Assembly: GCF_006345805.1 (NCBI RefSeq)
Contig: NC_043001.1
Coordinates: 109,244,001-109,308,000 of the forward strand
Length of the DNA: 64,000 nt
Source: Octopus sinensis
Lineage: Eukaryota
Reading direction: 5' to 3'
Positions 26,541 to 40,458 of the stretch are shown here, one piece after another. The translations under genes were made by a program, and so were the position numbers. Position 1 is the stretch's first letter; every line of letters starts with the position of its first letter. The notes under the pieces were generated by a model. That model was given only the letters and a program-made list of their open reading frames with translations, did no database searches and was not told the origin of the DNA.

Positions 26541-28419
26541 ATGGCAAAGTAGGCAGAAAATAAAATTAAGCTCTCAAAATAAATGACGTTTTTGTTAATT
26601 AAATGGGGTACTAAGTGGTTACAAAAAACAAAGGACCAATTAACAACACCTGTATATGAATAAACTGAATGTCTTGTTGCTAGAAAAAAGATGCAATGTG
26701 AATATTTTCGTCCTAAATATTCAATACTATATATAGGTCTTAGTAACAATATTCTTAATTATAGCAAGAATTACTTCGACAGCATATAAGGTAAACTGTT
26801 TTTTTTGTAATTTTACATGTGGTTTTTTTTTAACGAATTTCAGTTACTTTTCTCGATGTATGTACATCTATTTCTAATTATGTTAACTATGTGAATAAGT
26901 GGCAATTTTATCAATTCTCCAAGGACAAACAAATATGCTTTCTACTCGCTCTTCGACGTTGCTGTTCACATGATAAATGTCAGTGTAGAAAATGCAATGT
27001 AATTATTAGAAATTAATTGAGTTATAAAACGATTTCTATTTATTTAATTCAAAGTATAAGCTTGCTTCAAACAAAATTTATATCAACCAAAGGCAAAAAA
27101 ATTGTCCCCTTCTGCATAAAAAACTTTATTTACATTAAATATATGAAATAATTATATTCAACACACTATCAAATGCTGGTTCATAAAGCAACAGTTTTAT
27201 ACAAAGTTACCGTAAACACATTTCTAAATAATGAGACGACTATTGCTATATAAGGTAATAACTATATTTATTTCTCGTGTTTTTCACACTACTTATTCGT
27301 TCCTAACAGAAATCAATATATTCCTGTGAATTCTGATATGAAATCACAAAGATATACCAAATGGAGAAACTCAACGTGAACTTTATTGTATTTTGCTTTT
27401 GATTTTGCCTATACCAAATTCAAGAAATAAACATTAATATTGATACATATTTTATTACGCAAATGATATATTCTCCGTATATTCTCACATACAAAGTTTT
27501 CATCATTCATATGTGAGTATCTCAAAGGTATATCCGCACAAATTTAATAGTACGAATAGTTACTACAAACGATAGTTTCTTAAGATTTGCTTCGAGAGGA
27601 CACGGAGTTCTTTACTGTTCAAATATTATAAGTATTTGTAATGCAACAGCTTTGATGTTACAAAGTTAATTTGTTGTTAGATGTTAGGTAATTTATATTT
27701 GAGAGGGACAAAGCAGAATTTTAGACAGAAGACATCAAACTTCACGAAGAGACACAGCATAGCTAGCTACAAGCTTACAAACACGCACGCACACACATAT
27801 ATAGATGCAGTTGTATGTATTTGTATTTAAATGTATGGATATATGTAATTAAATGTACAAATATATGTAAGGATATAATATGTGTGTATAACTATATGTA
27901 TATATGTATGTATGGATGGATGGATGGTTATGGATATGTGTGTGTGGCCCTGTGCTTGTGTATGTTTATCGGATCATGTGGATTTATAGAGCTCTTTACT
28001 TGACGATCTGTCTCTGTTTGTCTTTCTTTATAACCTTCTCTTCATGAACTCTGGAGTGTTTCGAGATTTGGCCGTGTCCCCTTTATATTTTTCGTAAACA
28101 TCGTCGCCCCTCGTTGCGTCCGAATCTCTATAGATGGTAACAAGCTTTATTATTCAGTAAATTTTCGTACCAGATTCCCTTTATATACAGTATACTAACT
28201 CGCGTCGAAAATACAGTACGTTCTTTCACATTTGTCATATTGTGCCCCTTCAACAATAGAAATATACTATCAGACTTTAAAGCCCAACAAAAATATCCTA
28301 CGAAACAAAAAACAAAAAACAAAACACAAACAAAAAAAATTATTGCACATATTGAGATCTCTCTCTCTTTCTTTCTACAGACACACTCTCACACATATAT
28401 ATCTGTTTAAATACACCCT

Positions 28420-31400
28420 CTAACTACGCACTGGAAAATTTTGAAAAAGACTTAATCGACCTCATTACCAACATCAACATTAGTAAACATAAGACCATTT
28501 CCAACACCCACTTAAGGAGCCTTAAAGATTTCCTGCATTCACTTAGGAACGATGATAGTCTTATCATACCCGCCGACAAGACTGGGAACTGGTATAGGCT
28601 AGACTACCAAACCTACAAATCGCTCATCATGAGGGAACTTAGCAAAAGTATAAAACTACTTCTACGGATAACCTTAAGGAAATTAACTACAAAATCAAGG
28701 AAGTTATGAGCAAATTAGACCTTCTGGACAGAACAAACCTATTAAACCACAAGTACCCAAAATTACTATTAAGACCATAAGAAAGACTTCCCATAATGTA
28801 GGAGTACGATTAATCTGTCCGACTAAATCGGATATCGGCAGACTTAGCAAGACTATCCTGGACAAGGTGATCCCACACATCAAACCCCACATCCCACTCC
28901 AACTATGGATTAACACCGACGATGTGCTAGAATGGTTTAACACTATCACCAATAGGCCCGACTACTCATTCATCCAATTCGACATAGCTAGCTACTACGC
29001 CAGTATATCCCCCATCTTACTTAACAAATCCCTTATTTTTGCCCGCAACCTTTCACTCATAGACAGAGAAAAAATTGACATAATACTATTAGCTAGAAAA
29101 ACCATAATAGAATTCGACGGTAGACTCTGGACCAGATCCGATACCCCCGACAATTTCGATGTGGCTATGGGCTCGAGCGATTCAGCTCAGGTGACTGACC
29201 TGATCGGGGCCTACCTGCTCAAGAAGCTTTTCTCCGAGGTACCGGATCTTCAGGGGGTCTATACAGAGACGACGCTCTCTTCATATACCCCACCAACAAT
29301 AGGAGTAAACTAGAAAGAATTAGGAAAAAGATCAGGCTTTTTTTCAAATCCTTCAATCTTAAACTAGAATTTATGACCAATACTAAAATAGTAAACTTCT
29401 TAGATGTTACGTTAGATTTGAATAAGCACCTTCACCACCCGTATAGGAAACCCGAAGAGACTACCAAATACATCCATACCTCTTCCAACCATCCACCCTG
29501 TATAATTAGCACCACGGTCCAAGCCATCTCAGACAGACTGACAAAACTATCCTCTAATAGAGAAATTTTCAATAATCATGCACAACACTACAACCAGGCT
29601 CTCTATAGTGCCGGGTATAACCAGAGAATATCATATGTAGACCACCCGGGAGCGTCCGTCGGCCATAAAACTCCCAATTATAATCGAACTCAGCACTCAA
29701 CTCACACTAGCGATAATTCTATTTAAACTCCAAACAACGTATAGGAAATAGGCGAACTAATAGAATAGCACACAATAGTAACCCTCCCGACGAAAGCAAT
29801 ATAGATCCTATTAGGAGAAATAGAAGGGATAATAGTAGATTACGCAAATATATATGGTTCAACATACCTTACAACTTAGCAGTTAGGGGTAAGTTATGTA
29901 AGAGAATATTCTCTATAATTTCCAACAACTTCCCACCCACCCACAAGTATAGAAGTATCTTCTCCAACAAAACTATTAGGATTTCCTACTCTACCCTGCC
30001 CAACATGAGCTGCCTCATAGCTAAACATAACTATATTAATATTAGAACAGCTAGACCAAGAGCAAACCATAGCGACCAACAGAACCCCCCTCATCTAGAC
30101 AGTAGACAACATAACCAGACTGGTAGCCATACTACCCAAACAGTTAGTAATAACACCCGCCACACAACAGAGGAAATACTACACCCATCAACAACCAGGA
30201 GGATACCAACGCCCCCACTCGTATTGCAACATCTCCGCCTGGGATTAGCAGCACACGACCGAATAATGCAATGCAATGCAACTGCAGATGTGCATCAGAG
30301 TGCCCGCTGCAGGGCGCATGTAGGGCGAAAAACGTAATATATTCATGTGAGGTGAGTACTCAGTTTAACACACTCACCTATATTGGTTGCTCAACCTCCT
30401 GGAAATCCAGATACTACAACCACCGGTCCTCGCTGAGACACAGACATAAGGCTAACATCACCTCCTTCTCTAAAAGAATTTGGGAATTAAAAGACAAATG
30501 CATAGGCTTCAAACTCAGATGGTCCATCATCGGATCAGCTGCACCTTATTTAAATAATAGAGCAGGATGCCAACTATGTTGTGTAGAACTCCTGAACATC
30601 TTGAAATTCAAAGACAAACCATCTTATTAACAAAAGGTCAGAGTTCAAACCATCCTGTATACACAAACTTATTAATACTTTCAAATACTACAAAGCTTAG
30701 GTCTTATACCAACTCCCCCATCAATTTCCTCCCACCCGGTGCAACCTATCGGCTCCAGCACTTCCCGTTTTCCTATATGTGCGTGTATATGCGTATGTGT
30801 GTGTGTATGTATGTGTATGTGCACATACGTGTACGTGTGTGTACATATATATATATATACATGTGCTGTGTGTGTGTGTGTGTGTGGGTGTGTGTATGCG
30901 CATATACGGTTCCCTGCATTTTCCTCCTATATATATACAATTTTGTCTCCCATATATGACTTCTTTTCCCTAAATATTTCTTCTCCTACACCCATATCCT
31001 CCCTATATAGTCTCTTTATTCCCTATATCTATACCCTTTCACATTTCTAACTCGGATGTTGAACGCACACCGCCAAACTCCACTTCCCACCCTTCCAATT
31101 TTCAGTTCCCCCCGCCCGCCCCTACGTTTAACACACACCTCTAACTTTCAACCACCTTTATCTCATGTTAAATTTTACCAAATTATATTTTTATCTTATT
31201 TTATTTTATTTTTATTTTTACTTTTATTTTTACTTTTATCCTACTTCCATTTATTTTTATTTTTACTTTTATTCTACTTCCATTTATTCTCATTTTTATT
31301 TTCATCCCTTACCTTAACTCTTATAATTTTTATAATTCTTATATTTCATTTCTAACTATTTACATTGTATTTCTTATTTTTTATACTGTATTTTTTATTT

Positions 31401-32720
31401 CTAATTTTTACCCTTACCCACATTCTTACCCCTAACTTATCGCTTTATACCTCTATATATGTTTATTTACTTACCTATAGATCCACTTTTTGACTATACG
31501 AGCGTCCGCGTACGTGTGTATACGCATACATACATATGCACGCGCATATATGTACATGCATATTTCGATATCTTATAGCTATACCCATGTGCGCGTGTGT
31601 CTCTGTGTATGTGAGTGTATATGTGCACGCGCATACGGACACACAGCCGTGTGTGCGTGCACGTATAGACATGAGTACGTGACTGTTTACATACGTTCTT
31701 ATATACATCCTTTAATATCTTATATCTAGACCTAGAGGCGTGGGCATATACGTGTGTGTATGTAGGGATGGGCGCGTATGTACATGTGAGTGTGTACGCG
31801 TATAGTGTCCGTGTATGCATGCGGATATTCTGTTGTATGTATGTGTGTGTACGCGCGTGCGTGTGGGTGCGTGTGTGTTTATGTACATGTTTACACGCGA
31901 GTGCGTGTGTATGCTTATAGGCTTGGAGGCGTATATGTACGCGTGTATGTGGGTGTATGTATCCATGATGATATGTATGTACTAGAAGTCCATTTAATTC
32001 AAGAAACCAGATAAATGCTCATCAACTCTGATTTACAACACATTAGGTCCCCAGACGAAACTGTTGATTTACTGACAATTCTACAACTAAATTTTATCAA
32101 TCTCCTGACCACCATGCTTGGTCCGTAACCTCTATACATCCCTTATCTTTACATTCTTTTACATTTTTATCATGTTTTTATCATGTTTTTTTACTCTTAT
32201 TTCTATTTCTATTTTTACTTTATAACCTTATGCCTTTACATTTACTTATATTTCTTTATATTTCTTTATATCCTTTATACCCCCTTTACATCTCCTTATA
32301 ACTCTTTATATCTTTATGCTCTACATTTTTATATTTTTCTATACTTACACCTTTTATACATTTGTTATCCCTGGTCCCGAATTCTCGCCCCTCCATCTTC
32401 ACGTCTATATATGTATTTATTTATTTACATTACCTCAACATCCAGTTTTCCTCATTCTACATTGAGAGAAGAAGGAGATGGACGCTTCAATTCTATGCTG
32501 CTGCCGCATTATGTCCTACGCGAATGAGAGGATTCGCATCCCCAACCAAGAATTTTTGATGTAACACATGTCCTTGTGGAAGCTGCTGTGCGCGGCTGAA
32601 GAAGGCCACAGACATACATTATGCATTGTTATAAATCTGTCTAATAAAGGCCCGAAACATATGTACCGCTGAATCCTTCGCATCATGTTTTTATTTTATT
32701 TTGATCAATTTATAATTATA
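28420..32720 (+). mobile_element. Penelope-like retroelement: near-complete RT and GIY-YIG, long 3' region ending in an HHR
   Basis: IIPADKTGNWY (~28560); FIQFDIASYY..FDVAMGSSDSAQVTDLIG (ORF 28867); LYRDD at 29259-29273 in the frame of ORF 29373; VNFLDVTLDL..PYRKP..SNHP; IWFNIPY..ISYSTLPNM; CRCASECPLQGACRAKNVIY..YIG..RYYNH..LRWSII..CQLC; LINKRSE..CIH in a shifted frame. Several frameshifts and stops. The 3' boundary is inferred from the HHR. Confidence 0.92.
32592..32669 (+). ncRNA. Minimal type I hammerhead ribozyme motif at the PLE 3' end
   Basis: GCGG-CTGAAGA-A-GGCC-(41-nt loop containing ACAGA/TCTGT)-GGCC-C-GAAA-CATATGT-A-CCGC. Core intact, stem III is the palindrome ACATATGT, GUA cleavage triplet ends at 32665. 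Confidence 0.8.
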
Positions 32721-33519
32721 TATATATATATATATATGTATATACATATATGTGTATATTCACACACACATACACACACACATATATATGTATATACGTA
32801 TATATATTATATATATAGAGAGAGAGAGAGAGAGAGACAGAGAGACAGAGAGACAGAGAGATGCATGTATTATATACATACTTGCACATATAAATACACA
32901 CACATGAAAGTGTAATTGTGTGCATTTGTTGTTTATGTATCCTCATTCTTTTGTTTCTCTCTGGTCCGGTTATGCAACATATTAGGTTTTCTATTTTGAA
33001 GATTTTGTTACCCAGAACGATCATCCTTTTTTGTAATTTTATATTGGAACAAATGTCTCAGAGATTCTAACTGTCACAGTTTCAATAATATTTCTGAAGA
33101 TTTAGAGCATCTCCGTAAATTCAGAAAATTTTGCGTACTGGAGTAACTAATATTGCGCATATTTCTTTTGCCATGCAGCATGAAATAATCCGTTTGATGT
33201 ATGATGGATGACATTAATAAAGGTTCAAACTCTAGGCGTATATTCATCATTTTATACAATATCACACTTGTAATTCTTGTGACGCATGATTGTACGAGGA
33301 TGCCTAAATATGAAAGGAGTATTTCACTATTTGTTATTGTGAATCTAATAAAAGGATAGGGAGGTTTTGGATTATATGAAATATATATATATACATATAT
33401 AAAGTGTCTTTTGATCTATTTGAATAATACAGCGCGCGCCGAGAAAACACATTTGTCAATGTTCTATCTATCGATCTATCTATCAATATAAACACGTACA
33501 TATTTTATCTTTTGCCTTT

Positions 33520-33665
33520 TTTTTCAGTCACTGGACTGCAGCTATGCTGGGGTTTTAGTCGTCTGAAACGACCCCAGTATCTACTTTCTAAAGGTCACAT
33601 ATACCGAGCCGTTTGGTTACGGGAGCGTAAAAAAACACAAATGTCGGTTGTCAAAGAAGGCAGGG

Positions 33666-33670
<5 letters not shown>
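33520..33670 (-). mobile_element. Degenerate family C SINE module
   Basis: TTTCAGTCACTGGACTGCAGCTATGCTGG..TCGGTTGTCAA, as at 2341-2530. Confidence 0.6.
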
Positions 33671-33700
<30 letters not shown>

Positions 33701-33710
33701 GCACACGCAC

Positions 33711-33743
<33 letters not shown>

Positions 33744-34499
33744 TATATGCATGTATGTATGTATATATTTCCGCAATTTTTCTGATCCCAAATGGCTTTT
33801 TTTTTACATTTAGCACTATGTCTTTCTCCATTTCTAAGTTAAGGTTAAAAATAAAGCAACCTTGCAAAACACAACTGATCTTTACGCAGGATAAACGCAC
33901 TCAAATAACGACAACGAAGTGCACAACAAACTTTAGCAATCTGACTGTCGCTTGTATTCTGGACAACAGATGCCAGTTAGTCTTTTTCACCTCACAGGCT
34001 CCTTCACATTAGCCCGAGTCGCTGGATAATTTTTCCTTCCTTTAAGAACGGAAATTTTTCATACATTAGAATTTAAATACTAATCTCTCTTAAGATTTAT
34101 TGTTTCAAGAAAACATTGAATTTGAATTACTTTTAATTTTTACGATTATACATAACAACTCGAGCTGTAACTTCTGAGCCCGTGTCAGACGCGTGTGAAC
34201 GATGTCGGGAGAACGTCTACTGCTAAAATTATTTTTTGACAGAGATGACCGCCAGACGACCGCCAGATGCTAAACGCAAGTAAATGAACTGCGACCACGC
34301 TCAATAAAAGGAGCCCGAGATATTGGCTGCAGTTACATACTTGAAGTCAGTGTTGGCTGAAATGAAATCAGCTTGCAAATACACGTTCAATTTAAAAAAA
34401 TTATACTCGGACTAAGCTCGAACAGCCCGAGTGCCGAATTCGCCACTGTTACATACATACGTACAAGCATACATACATACATACATACATACATACTAC

Positions 34500-34558
<59 letters not shown>

Positions 34559-34598
34559 GTATATAATATATATACATATATATATACATATATATATG

Positions 34599-34641
<43 letters not shown>

Positions 34642-35374
34642 TATAATAGGCAACGTCATACTCAAAATGATGTATATATTTGTAGCAGCCTAGCCTAAAA
34701 CACTCAGTCGATGTTTCTCTTATAAACCATTAATGCTATAATGAAACTACCATTCATAACAAAAGCTGGACACCTTTACTTGTAAAAGTGGAAACTCCTA
34801 AAATGTGCCATTATTTAACAATGCAATCTCTAAAGACTTACTCTTAAATACATCTTCAAAGAAATAACACCTTTTTTTATGATAATTTTTTAATGGCTGT
34901 TTGTTTTTTGTCAGCTTTCAAATATCTATTCAAACTTTGGCGTGGGTGACAACTAAAACGTTGGTTTGTGTTCATGTCCTAAGGATATATCTAAATCTAT
35001 ATGCTTCTCCGTATTGCAGAAAAAAAAGTTCTAAGATATAATATCGAAAATTCCTTATTAAATATTCACAAGATCCCGAGATATCAATTAAGTTTTACAT
35101 CACAAACAATTCGATGTAGCTGCGAGCGATAAGGTAATATATAATACTCGCCATCCACGAAACCAATACAAACCAAAGAATAAAGAATTTCGGTAGATAA
35201 TTTCCCTTCTTCTCCACCAATCTCCTTCCAGTCTTACAAACATGCAAATAAATCGATTCGTCCCCTGGGACATATAACAGCAACCTCCACGAGTCTCCCG
35301 TGGTGTCTAGGCGATATTCTATATTCCTTCTTCGCTGTGAAGCTTGGCATTTGCAACTATATAGAATTTACTAT

Positions 35375-35945
35375 GTGAAGATGTGTGGTTTAACTGGTTA
35401 GGGCATTCGGTTTACGACCATAAGGTCGTCAGCTCGATTCCTGGATGTGCGTTTTGTCCTTGAGCAAGACACTTTATTTCACGTATGTCCAGTTCACTCA
35501 GCTGGCAAAAATGAGAAGTACCTGTAATTCTACGGGCCGGCCTTGTTACAATCGATGCGTCATGCTGGATCTCGGTATTTCGTCTGCCGTTACGTTCTGA
35601 GTTCAAATTCCGCCGAGGTCGACTTTGCCTTTCATCGTTTAGGGGTCGATTAAATAAGTACCAGTTATGCACTGGGGTCGATATAATCGACTTAATCCGT
35701 TCGTCTGTCCTTGTTTGTCCTCTCTGTGTTTAGCCCCTTGTGGATAGTAAAGAAATAGGTATTTCGTCTGCCGTTACGTTCTGAGTTCAAATTCGCTGAG
35801 GTCGACTATGCTTTTCATCGTTTCGGGGTCGATAAATCAAGAACCAGTTACGCACTGGGGTCGATATAATCGACTTAATCCGTTTGTCTATCCTTGTTTG
35901 TCCCCTCTACGTTTAGTCCCTTGTGAGCAATAAAGAAATAAGAAA
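35375..35945 (+). mobile_element. tRNA head plus CORE-like segment fused to two tandem family B units
   Basis: Head TGGTTTAACTGGTTAGG..GCTCGATTCC, then GTCCTTGAGCAAGACACTTTATTTCAC. Units starting GGTATTTCGTCTGCCGTTACG at 35574 and 35758 (period 184). Confidence 0.85.
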
Positions 35946-36686
35946 TAATATTTTCCCTTATGTATGCTAAATAAAATAGTGTGTGTTTTACTCTTTGCGA
36001 TATTTGGTTGCTGCAGATATCTGTGTAATTGTAATTTTATACAAACCGAACACTGCTTTATTTTAAATGAAATATTAAGTCAGAGCTCCTTATATTAATC
36101 TTGCTCTTCTTAGCTAACATAAGTTATTTTCTCAATAAAATCGTGAAATATTTATTTAGTTAAATTAATTTCAAATTACATAATTTGGAAAAATTTAATT
36201 ATGGAAAACAACCTTCAGCTTATTCTGACTCTTGGCTAAAAATCACATTGGTTAATTGAGACTATAAATCGATTTTACCATTTTAAGAAAACTACATTTA
36301 CCGAAGAATTATATAAATATAGATAAGAGAAAAGGCAACCCATAGAAATGTTTCCTTCTTTACACTCCTTCTTCTCCTCCGCAATTTTCTTCCTTCCTTT
36401 TATTTGTTTTCATTTCCAGCTTACAGCATCAAACTATTTAAAGCTTTTCTCCTCTTCTAAGAATTTATATGACATTTCCCCAACTACTTCCATTGTTGTA
36501 CCCAACTTTCAGAAAAATTCGTCTTTTCTAATTAAGTCTACATGCTTTATTCCATTATACATCTGTTTAATTATTTACGTGATTAAAGTTTACCTTATAA
36601 TTTAGATTAAAGTTTACCTATTTATATAGACCCCCGATGGACTGCGTTTAGTTTTAGTACGCGTTAACGTAATTGTGGGCTTGGAT

Positions 36687-36883
36687 AGGGTGGCGAGCTG
36701 GCAGAATCGTTAGCACGCCGGGCAAAATGCTTAGAGGTAGTTCAAATCCCGCCGAGGTCGACTTTACCTTTCAGCCTTTCGGGGTAGATAAAATTAAGTA
36801 CCAGTTACGCACTGGTGTCGATCTAATCGATTTACCCCTCCCCAAAAATTTCAGGCCTTGTGCCTAGAGGAGAAAAGAATATT
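36687..36883 (+). mobile_element. Family B SINE
   Basis: GGCGAGCTGGCAGAATCGTTAGCACGCCGGGC..GTTCAAATCCCGCCGAGGTCGAC. Confidence 0.85.
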
Positions 36884-37575
36884 AATCACGAAATACTATT
36901 TGAATGACCGTTTGCACTTCTGGGTTCATCCACCCTTTGACAAGTTTTGTTTTTCATCTTGCAGGGTGTGTAGAAGAACGCTTTCCTCATAGAGTTGTCA
37001 GTTAAGTCATTGAGGGTTCGACTCTTGTTGGGGATTTCACTATTGTGGTTTCTTGCCTTTTTTGATGATGGGGATGGAGGAGAAGCAAACATAACATGCT
37101 GGAAGCAATGAGGCACAATGAGACGAAAAAAAGAGATAAAGAAACAAAGTTATAAGAGAAGAACGAATGTGGCACTACAGAGTTCGATCTGGGTATGTAA
37201 TCTGCTATAGCAAAATGGAATAGAGGAGGGATAAGCTGCATGCGACGGGGAGAAGTCAAGGAAGATATTGTTGTTGGTGTAAGAATATAAAACATGAGGA
37301 AAACAGCAAGATTACAGGATATCCACAGCGACATCTTTATCATCATGATCATCTTCATAATTAGAAGCGATCAAGGAGATGGAATAACATGGCCTCTTTT
37401 ACGGTCGACAGGAAAAACAGAATAACGTAACCTTTAAACACTGTCGGTTGGTAATGTTAGCGAACCGAAGGTCCATCAGAAAATGTTATTTCAAGAAATT
37501 CTAGAGAACAGATCGATTGTTAAAGATAGCAAACGAGGCGAGGAGAGGAAGTGTATAATTATTAAGATGGAAGTT

Positions 37576-37900
37576 GGCGAGCTGGCGGAATTGTTAACAT
37601 ACCGGGAAAATTGCTGAGCGGTATTTCGTCTGCCGCTACGTTCTGAGTTCAAATTCCGCCGAGGTCGACTTTGCCTTTCATCCTTTCGGAGTCGATTAAC
37701 TGAGTACCAGTTATGCACTGGGATCGATATAATCGACTTAATCCGTTTGTCTGTCCTTGTTTGTCCTCCTGTGTTTAGCCTCTTGTGGGGTGTAAAGAAA
37801 TAGGTATTTCCTCCTTTACGTTCTGATTTCAAATTCCGCCGAGGTCGACTTTGCCTTTCATCCTTTCGGGGTCGATAAATCAAATACCAGTTGAACACTG
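37576..37900 (+). mobile_element. Family B SINE with a partial second unit
   Basis: Head, then a unit, then a restart at GAAATAGGTATTTC (~37797). Confidence 0.85.
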
Positions 37901-38683
37901 ATGATATATTTCCCTACTTCTTTTATAAAATAAATATAACTATACTGTTGGCGTGATACAAACTCAGAAACCTCGAGAGAACGTGAAATGACTCCCTGTT
38001 CGAATGATGGGTCTCGAAGCAGACATATGCATACAGACAACGCTTGATTTTTTCAGTCCAGTGGGTCTTTAAACCGAATACATAACAGTTATTGTTTATG
38101 CATTGGGTGGTAGAGTGCTACCGTTTCAAGAGAAAAATAAGGTACATAAACGAGTCAACAAAATAAAACACCATGAGAGAAATAGTAAACGAAGTCAGGA
38201 AACAATAATTTTTTAATCTAGAGGGAAGTCAAGTGGCTTGCGATATTGTGTTTGATGTTGGAGTCTCGCTTAGTGAATGTGCAGTATTATTAACTAATAT
38301 ATGTAACCGCAGCCAATACCATACACACGCTCACACATTCATATATATTCATCAAAATAATACTTAGGGGATTTTCGTTATGAAAAACAAACTCATACTC
38401 ACACATGAAAGCTCGCAGGTGGAAACATTCTTCCTTCGCCATATTTATCTTCATTATACAGTTCTTTCATTATTGACTTATTGTTCTACGTATCTTTAAT
38501 CACACGATTTTACCTGTCTGAATCAAACAATAAATTGTTTATTTGTCTCTTCCTTTCTTCATAAACTTACTTATCTTCAGTGTTTAATTTATGCATATTT
38601 ATATGCAATACACCACGCAAACAAATTGCTGCTATTTACGGATTAACCATATGAGCTATACGCACCTCTCTAATATCCTCTGA

Positions 38684-38772
<89 letters not shown>

Positions 38773-38779
<7 letters not shown>

Positions 38780-39058
38780 ATCACGTGACCGACCAGGCCA
38801 TCAGATGTTGCTACACATCGCTGGTCACAATGCGTTCGCATTGTTTTAGCCTTCGAACGACGCCACCCCGCTGGCTAAGCGAGCAGGCCAACAGAAGAAA
38901 GAGTGGTGAAAGAGTACAGCAGGGATCACCACCCCCTGCCGGAGCCTCGTGGGGCTTTTAGGTGTTTTCGCTCAATAAACACACACAACGCCCGGTCTGG
39001 GAAGCGAAACCACGATCTTCCGACCGCGAGTCCGCTGCCCTAACCACTGGGACTTTGC
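38773..39058 (-). mobile_element. Full family G tRNA-derived SINE
   Basis: Minus strand GTCCCAGTGGTTAGGGCAGCGGACTCGCGGTCGGAAGATCGTGGTTTCGCTTCCC..., ending CTGATGGCCTGGTCGGTCACGTGATCACGTGA(TA)n. Confidence 0.85.
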
Positions 39059-39104
39059 ACCTCCACACACACACGCACACACACACACATATATATATAT
39101 ATGC

Positions 39105-39140
<36 letters not shown>

Positions 39141-39663
39141 GCACACACACAAATGTATCCATGAACCCACCCATACATACGCACATACATACATATGTGA
39201 GTGCGTGATTGTATATATATATATAAAAATATATACATATATATAGGGAGAGAGAGAGAGTGAGAAAGAGACAGAGCGAGCTAGGGAGCAATAAGAAAAT
39301 GGAGTGGATCAAAAGGTGGTTCATCAAATTTTAGACATTATATTATATCAACTTATTTATTCATTTACTAAAATGATAATTACAAGAATATACATACATG
39401 TATAACATATGCTTTACATATAAAATATATTAATATATAAAAATACCAGTAATTATTACAATACAACATACACGAATATAAATTGGGAATATATATATAC
39501 AGACACACGCATATATGTATCAATGAATCCATCCATCCTTCCATCCATCCATCCATCCATACATACATATGTATGTGTGGGGGATTGTATATATGTATAT
39601 ATATACATATATATATATATTTATGCATATGCATTCATCCGTGCATCTCTCTCTCTCTCTTCA

Positions 39664-39818
<155 letters not shown>

Positions 39819-40358
39819 TAGAGAGAGATTGGAAGTTTTGAAGTAGGACGATTTATTGCGGAAACCTTTTACCGACTTGATTGGTTAAAATATCTTTTTC
39901 GGAAACCGATATAAAAATTACGATAATGAAAACGACAGAAATGGGAATATAGAATTAAAAGAATAAAGCTACATAATAAAGCCTAAATCTACATTAGATC
40001 TTCCAATAAAAGATAAACATATTTGTCAATAAATTATATTAATGTATAAACACTCTTTTCTTAAATTCTGCAAATTTCAGGTTTGTTGACAATCGAGTCA
40101 GCTGTCACTAAAATGCATAAATATAAGAGATTTCAACGAATAATATAATTTAACAGTCAGCAATCTGAATATTTGTGCGTGCGTGTAGGATATGACGGCA
40201 AAAATTAGAAAAGGTCGATATTTTCGTTAAATAGGTGTTAGATGATCGATGACAATAAAAATGCTTGTTGATGAGATGAGACTGAAAAAAACACAAACAC
40301 ATATATGCCAAAACACAGAAAATGCCTTTGATGGTAGTAGAACCATTTAATATAATGT

Positions 40359-40458
40359 NNNNNNNNNNNNNNNNNNNNNNNNNNNNNNNNNNNNNNNNNN
40401 NNNNNNNNNNNNNNNNNNNNNNNNNNNNNNNNNNNNNNNNNNNNNNNNNNNNNNNNNN
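40359..40458. other. Assembly gap (100 N)
   Basis: Exactly 100 N, typical of a placeholder gap of unknown size. Confidence 1.
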
